A DNA stretch of 64,000 nt, taken from Sedimentisphaeraceae bacterium JB056. Lineage in GTDB: Bacteria > Planctomycetota > Phycisphaerae > Sedimentisphaerales > Sedimentisphaeraceae. The position numbers were made by a program, and so were the translations under genes. Shown here in pieces: positions 59,916 to 64,000 of this stretch (the stretch's first letter is position 1; each line of letters starts with the position of its first letter). The notes beneath the pieces were generated by a model. It saw only the letters and a program-made list of their open reading frames with translations, made no database searches and was not told where the DNA came from. The stretch spans positions 160,001 through 224,000 of the forward strand of contig JBITAJ010000022.1 of assembly GCA_044440125.1 (NCBI GenBank), written 5' to 3'.

Positions 59916-62663
59916 TTAATAATAAAGTGATTCTGTCAGCCAGTTATTTGCCAGAACTGTCATATCCAGCATATTTGTAACACAATCACCATTCATGTCT
60001 GAAGCATTAAATGAGCCACAGGTATCTTCATACTGAACCCTGACGCTATCAATATCAATAGTACCTGTTCCGCTTGTACCATCAGCTTCAGGACTCCAGC
60101 AGCCAAAAAGAATAGCTGTAACCTGATCAAGGCCTGCCTTATCAGCACCAACAAGCTCGTCAAGGTTAGCTGTCCACTCTGTCCAACCAGTAGGTGAATA
60201 TGTCGATCCTTCTGCTCTTTCCAGCCATACACCCTGACCGGCAAGATTAGCAACGTCGACTGCTCCTTCAAAGAATTTCACATAAAGCAGGTTTTCCTGA
60301 CTGTTGCCGGGATGACGATTGAGATAAACCTTAACTGACTGAGCAGTTCTCAGGTCAATAGCAGAATCAAGAGTCATAACAATGTCTGTGTAATCCTGAC
60401 CGTTTCCGCTTATATCGTTGGCGTCATAAACCCATCTCAGAGCCTGACTGCCTTCATAGGCATCAGCCGGATTAGTCAGCAGAGTAAAGGTGCTGCTTGT
60501 AGTAGAACCATTGAACGCAGCCCAATAGAATTCCTGCCACTTAGCATTAAGTGCCGCCTGATCTGCATAACTCTCAAAATCATCAACAACTGAAGTATTG
60601 CCGGCAATCACATTACCGCTGAGCCATTCACCTGCAACCTGAGTCAGATCATCACTGTTAACAGCAAGGTCATAGTTCATATCAGCAGCATTAAGACCAT
60701 TGCCTTTAACTACCTCTACATTATCAAGCAGATAACTTCCTGTTGACTTTGCAGAACCGTCACCATTGAATATAGTGAAGGCAATATTCACTGCCGCCAC
60801 AGAAGGTGATTGCACAGTGTAATAATAATCGAAAAGACCGTAAACGGTATCAGGATCAAAGAATTTGGTCCCGTACAAGCCAAGATAAGCCCCAGCACCA
60901 TCAAATTCTGAAACAGTCAACAGAATCTGAGTATCATCACCTGTGGCATTCTTCGCAGCAAACGAAACTCTCATCTTATCGCCTTGAGAAGCACTGATTT
61001 TGTAATCGTTGCGATCAAGAGCCTGATCTACACCGGCAGTCGTTACTGTCATAAGAGCGGCATTGCTGCCTTCATAAGCATCGTTACTGATGGTATAATC
61101 GGCAACAGATCCGCCTACAGCATAATATCTCCAATAATCAAAGTTTCTCTCAAAACCAGGATTGGTTACATACTGTGGATTAACTAACTTTACATCATCG
61201 ATAAGTATCTGTCCTGTCGCCTTCGCACTAAGATCCAGAGTAAATATCGTAAAGCCTATATTAAGTTTAGCACATGCAGTATTCGCAACTTGATATGTGA
61301 ACTCATATTCGTTATATGCAGTATCTGGAACAAAATCAAACAGCCCGTTGAAGTTACCAAGATATGTACCGTTTGCATCAAACTCAGAAACAGTAAACCT
61401 TACAGTTCTTTCCTCTGCACTGAGCCTTTTAGCAGCAAAGCTGAAGGTTAGTATTTCGTTTGGATCATTAGGTATTTTTACAAACTCTCTGTCAAGAGCA
61501 TGATCGCCGCCACCTACAGTAATATCCATGAGAGCTGCACTGTTGCCTTCATAAGCATCGCTGCTGATAGTGTAGCTGCCTGCTGCTCCAGCCACTGCAT
61601 AGCCTCTCCAACCAGTAAAACCGTTCTCAAAATCACCGTTAGGAATTCTAACTGACGGCACTAATACAACATCATCAATCAAATAATGGCCTTCGCTTTT
61701 GAGACCAAACTCATCATATATACCAAAGTTTATATTCATCTTTCTTGTTGATGGATTTGAAACTGAATAATAGAGTTCAGTTACACCATAAACACCATCA
61801 CCTGAGCTCAGAGAAAATTCGCTTTGGCCAAGGAACGTTGTATTATCTGCCCATTCTGAAACAAATAATTTGAGTGTTGTATTGCCGGTAGAGACCTTCT
61901 TAGTTGCCGCAGAAATCTTGAATACATCACCTGTCTGTGCAGGGAATCGACTTTCCCATCTATCAAGACCATGATCGCCGCCACCTGTTGTTATCTCAAA
62001 AGAAAAAGCATTGCTGCCTTCATACGCATCTGAAGAGAGACCGAAGTTACCTGTACCTCCGCCTACAGCATAAGCTCTCCAGCCATTAGTACCATCTTCA
62101 AAGCCGCCATTATAAACAAGAACACTCTCAGAAAGCGTAACATCGTCAATATAATAATGACCTACAGTAGTCAGACCAAAATCATCTACAATCCTGAATC
62201 CAATATTTATATATGCAGTTGTCGGATTCGAAATGAATTTAACCACTGAATACACGTTGTAAACATCATTCACAGGAGCAAAAAAGTAATTTTCCTGAAG
62301 CCCAAGAAAAGCACCGGAATCATTGAACTCTGCTACTGAAACCATCAATCTTGTACTACCTGTAGATATTTTTTTAGATGCGAATGAAATATTAATCGCA
62401 TCACCCTGCGTTACAGAAACTCTTCTAGAATCTCTATCTAAAGCGGTGTCACCACCGGGGAATGAAGTGATCTCAAAGGAAGCTGCATTACTGCCGCTGT
62501 AAGCATCATTCACTATAGTAAAATTAGCCGCAGCCCCACCAACCGCGTAATAACGCCAATCAGTGAAATTGTCCTCAAAGCCACCATTGGTAAGCTCAAA
62601 TGCTGATGTTATACCAACAAAAGCAAACAACAAGAGAAATATTAAAACACAATTAGTTCTCAT
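59916..62663 (-). CDS. Secreted tandem carbohydrate-binding protein (four CBM4-like, one CBM11-like, split dockerin-like repeats)
   Basis: ATG at 62663 follows GGAGG; four N.GFE....WR.YAV.G...DAY.G..A...IDDV repeats; VVDDFESY domain. Confidence 0.8.
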   Translation of the reverse strand: MRTNCVLIFLLLFAFVGITSAFELTNGGFEDNFTDWRYYAVGGAAANFTIVNDAYSGSNAASFEITSFPGGDTALDRDSRRVSVTQGDAINISFASKKISTGSTRLMVSVAEFNDSGAFLGLQENYFFAPVNDVYNVYSVVKFISNPTTAYINIGFRIVDDFGLTTVGHYYIDDVTLSESVLVYNGGFEDGTNGWRAYAVGGGTGNFGLSSDAYEGSNAFSFEITTGGGDHGLDRWESRFPAQTGDVFKISAATKKVSTGNTTLKLFVSEWADNTTFLGQSEFSLSSGDGVYGVTELYYSVSNPSTRKMNINFGIYDEFGLKSEGHYLIDDVVLVPSVRIPNGDFENGFTGWRGYAVAGAAGSYTISSDAYEGNSAALMDITVGGGDHALDREFVKIPNDPNEILTFSFAAKRLSAEERTVRFTVSEFDANGTYLGNFNGLFDFVPDTAYNEYEFTYQVANTACAKLNIGFTIFTLDLSAKATGQILIDDVKLVNPQYVTNPGFERNFDYWRYYAVGGSVADYTISNDAYEGSNAALMTVTTAGVDQALDRNDYKISASQGDKMRVSFAAKNATGDDTQILLTVSEFDGAGAYLGLYGTKFFDPDTVYGLFDYYYTVQSPSVAAVNIAFTIFNGDGSAKSTGSYLLDNVEVVKGNGLNAADMNYDLAVNSDDLTQVAGEWLSGNVIAGNTSVVDDFESYADQAALNAKWQEFYWAAFNGSTTSSTFTLLTNPADAYEGSQALRWVYDANDISGNGQDYTDIVMTLDSAIDLRTAQSVKVYLNRHPGNSQENLLYVKFFEGAVDVANLAGQGVWLERAEGSTYSPTGWTEWTANLDELVGADKAGLDQVTAILFGCWSPEADGTSGTGTIDIDSVRVQYEDTCGSFNASDMNGDCVTNMLDMTVLANNWLTESLYY

Positions 62664-62685
62664 AGGAACCTCCAAAAAAATAACA

Positions 62686-64000
62686 TTAATATATTTTGGT
62701 TAAATAAAACCCTTCAACTGCAATTCTGTCACCAGCGTTCAATCCTATTCTTATATCCGCACCAAAATTCATTGTGCTGTCGAAATAAGCATCCTTAAAC
62801 ACAAACGTCTTTGTAATCCACTTTCCTGTGCCGTTAGTATTAATGAAACCAGCATCGTCATAGGAAGAATAGTAACTGTTATACTGAATCGAATACCTGC
62901 AATCAGGCATATCAAAATATGTAAATTCAAATTTCAAATTTTCTTTTGTCTTAAACGTGAAATTATCATTGACTCGCATGTAAACGAACGAAGGCATGTT
63001 GTCGGACTCTGATTTGCTTACGGCACATTGGTATCCTTCATAATCTTCTATAGCTGAAGGGCCATCAAAAGCCTGTACCAAAGATATGCCGTTTTCAATA
63101 CCCTGCTTTAATGAAACGAAATCCTTATCCCATTGAGGGTCGGCCATGCTTCGCTTACTGCCTCTGCCTCGATTCTCCAATGTTTGACTTAGACAATAAG
63201 ATTTCATCATATCAGTATTCGTCTTGTTACGATATACATCAATCAGATCGTCACCGGTCTTAACCATCCATTTTTCAAGTTTACTGCGATAGTTACTGAG
63301 CTTGCTTTGATATTCAGATTTTCCCGCAAGATTTTCAAGACAATCAGGATCATTCTGAATATCATAAAGTTCCTCAACAGTTCTGTTGAGATAGAAATTC
63401 ACCCGCTTAGCAATCGTAGAATTTGTCACTGCGGCTTCTTCCATTGCTTTTAATGTTAGCCCGCTACCGGCATCGCCGCCTCCGAAACTGCTTCCCGGGT
63501 AACACCAGCCATTGAAAATATAAGCATAGTTTGAATCCTGAATGCATCTCATCGGATAGAACGTATTATCTGTAGCAGTATGATACTCTGTGCAAACAAA
63601 ATCAAAACGATCCGCTTCTTCACCCTGTAGCAAAGACCAGAAAGAACTGCCATCCATTACAGCAGGCATCTTATACCCAAAAGCGTCAAGAATAGTCGGA
63701 GCAATATCGATAGCACTTATGATATTATTATCAACTAAACTACCCGCTTTTACTTTGTCTTTCCAGCTAACAATCATACAAGTCTTAGTACTGTTGACAT
63801 AAGCATTACTCTTAGCAAAAGGAACCGCCATACCGTGATCAGAAAGAAATACGATCATGGTATTATCCATAGTTCCGCTATCGCTTACGGCCTTAAGTAT
63901 CATACCAACTGTATCATCAGCTCTACGGCAAGAACTGTAATATTGAGCCATTTCCTTGCGTATATCAGGCAGATCGGGAAGAAAACCCGGAACCTCAATA
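62686..64000 (-). CDS. Sulfatase (sulfamidase/SGSH-like) with C-terminal CBM-like domain; 5' end outside window
   Basis: Frame open to the window edge (IEVPGFLPDLPDIRKEM); SDHGM..PFAK, DIAPTIL, ELYD...DP....NLA. Confidence 0.85.
   Translation of the reverse strand, partial: IEVPGFLPDLPDIRKEMAQYYSSCRRADDTVGMILKAVSDSGTMDNTMIVFLSDHGMAVPFAKSNAYVNSTKTCMIVSWKDKVKAGSLVDNNIISAIDIAPTILDAFGYKMPAVMDGSSFWSLLQGEEADRFDFVCTEYHTATDNTFYPMRCIQDSNYAYIFNGWCYPGSSFGGGDAGSGLTLKAMEEAAVTNSTIAKRVNFYLNRTVEELYDIQNDPDCLENLAGKSEYQSKLSNYRSKLEKWMVKTGDDLIDVYRNKTNTDMMKSYCLSQTLENRGRGSKRSMADPQWDKDFVSLKQGIENGISLVQAFDGPSAIEDYEGYQCAVSKSESDNMPSFVYMRVNDNFTFKTKENLKFEFTYFDMPDCRYSIQYNSYYSSYDDAGFINTNGTGKWITKTFVFKDAYFDSTMNFGADIRIGLNAGDRIAVEGFYLTKIY

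Overview
Bacterial chromosomal window. Every credible gene (about 43 CDS, two of them truncated by the edges, plus one tRNA) lies on the minus strand. Planctomycete-type [10 protein letters not shown] prepilin-like and 'D..D..V...D......WL' dockerin-like tails suggest Phycisphaerae, e.g. Sedimentisphaerales (inference). The left half is mostly housekeeping: phoH, cdsA, asd, pnp, rpsO, a complete V/A-type ATPase operon whose K subunit has Na+-type ligands, a TetR-controlled RND pump, an aspC/GT-C/GT2/alr/SSS cluster and tRNA-Lys(CTT). It also holds two large secreted multidomain proteins. From about 40.6 kb to the right edge is a polysaccharide-utilisation-like locus with no SusC/D pair visible. 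It encodes three GxGYxYP-family putative hydrolases, a GH38 mannosidase, two sulfatases, a beta-helix protein, a URO-D-like protein, a Na+ symporter, a prepilin-like protein and a tandem-CBM protein. Its proteins share shuffled modules. The most striking is a roughly 475-aa in-frame insert in one GxGYxYP paralog that looks like a circularly permuted discoidin domain wrapped around two CBM4-like domains. All calls come from motif recognition by eye; no searches were run.
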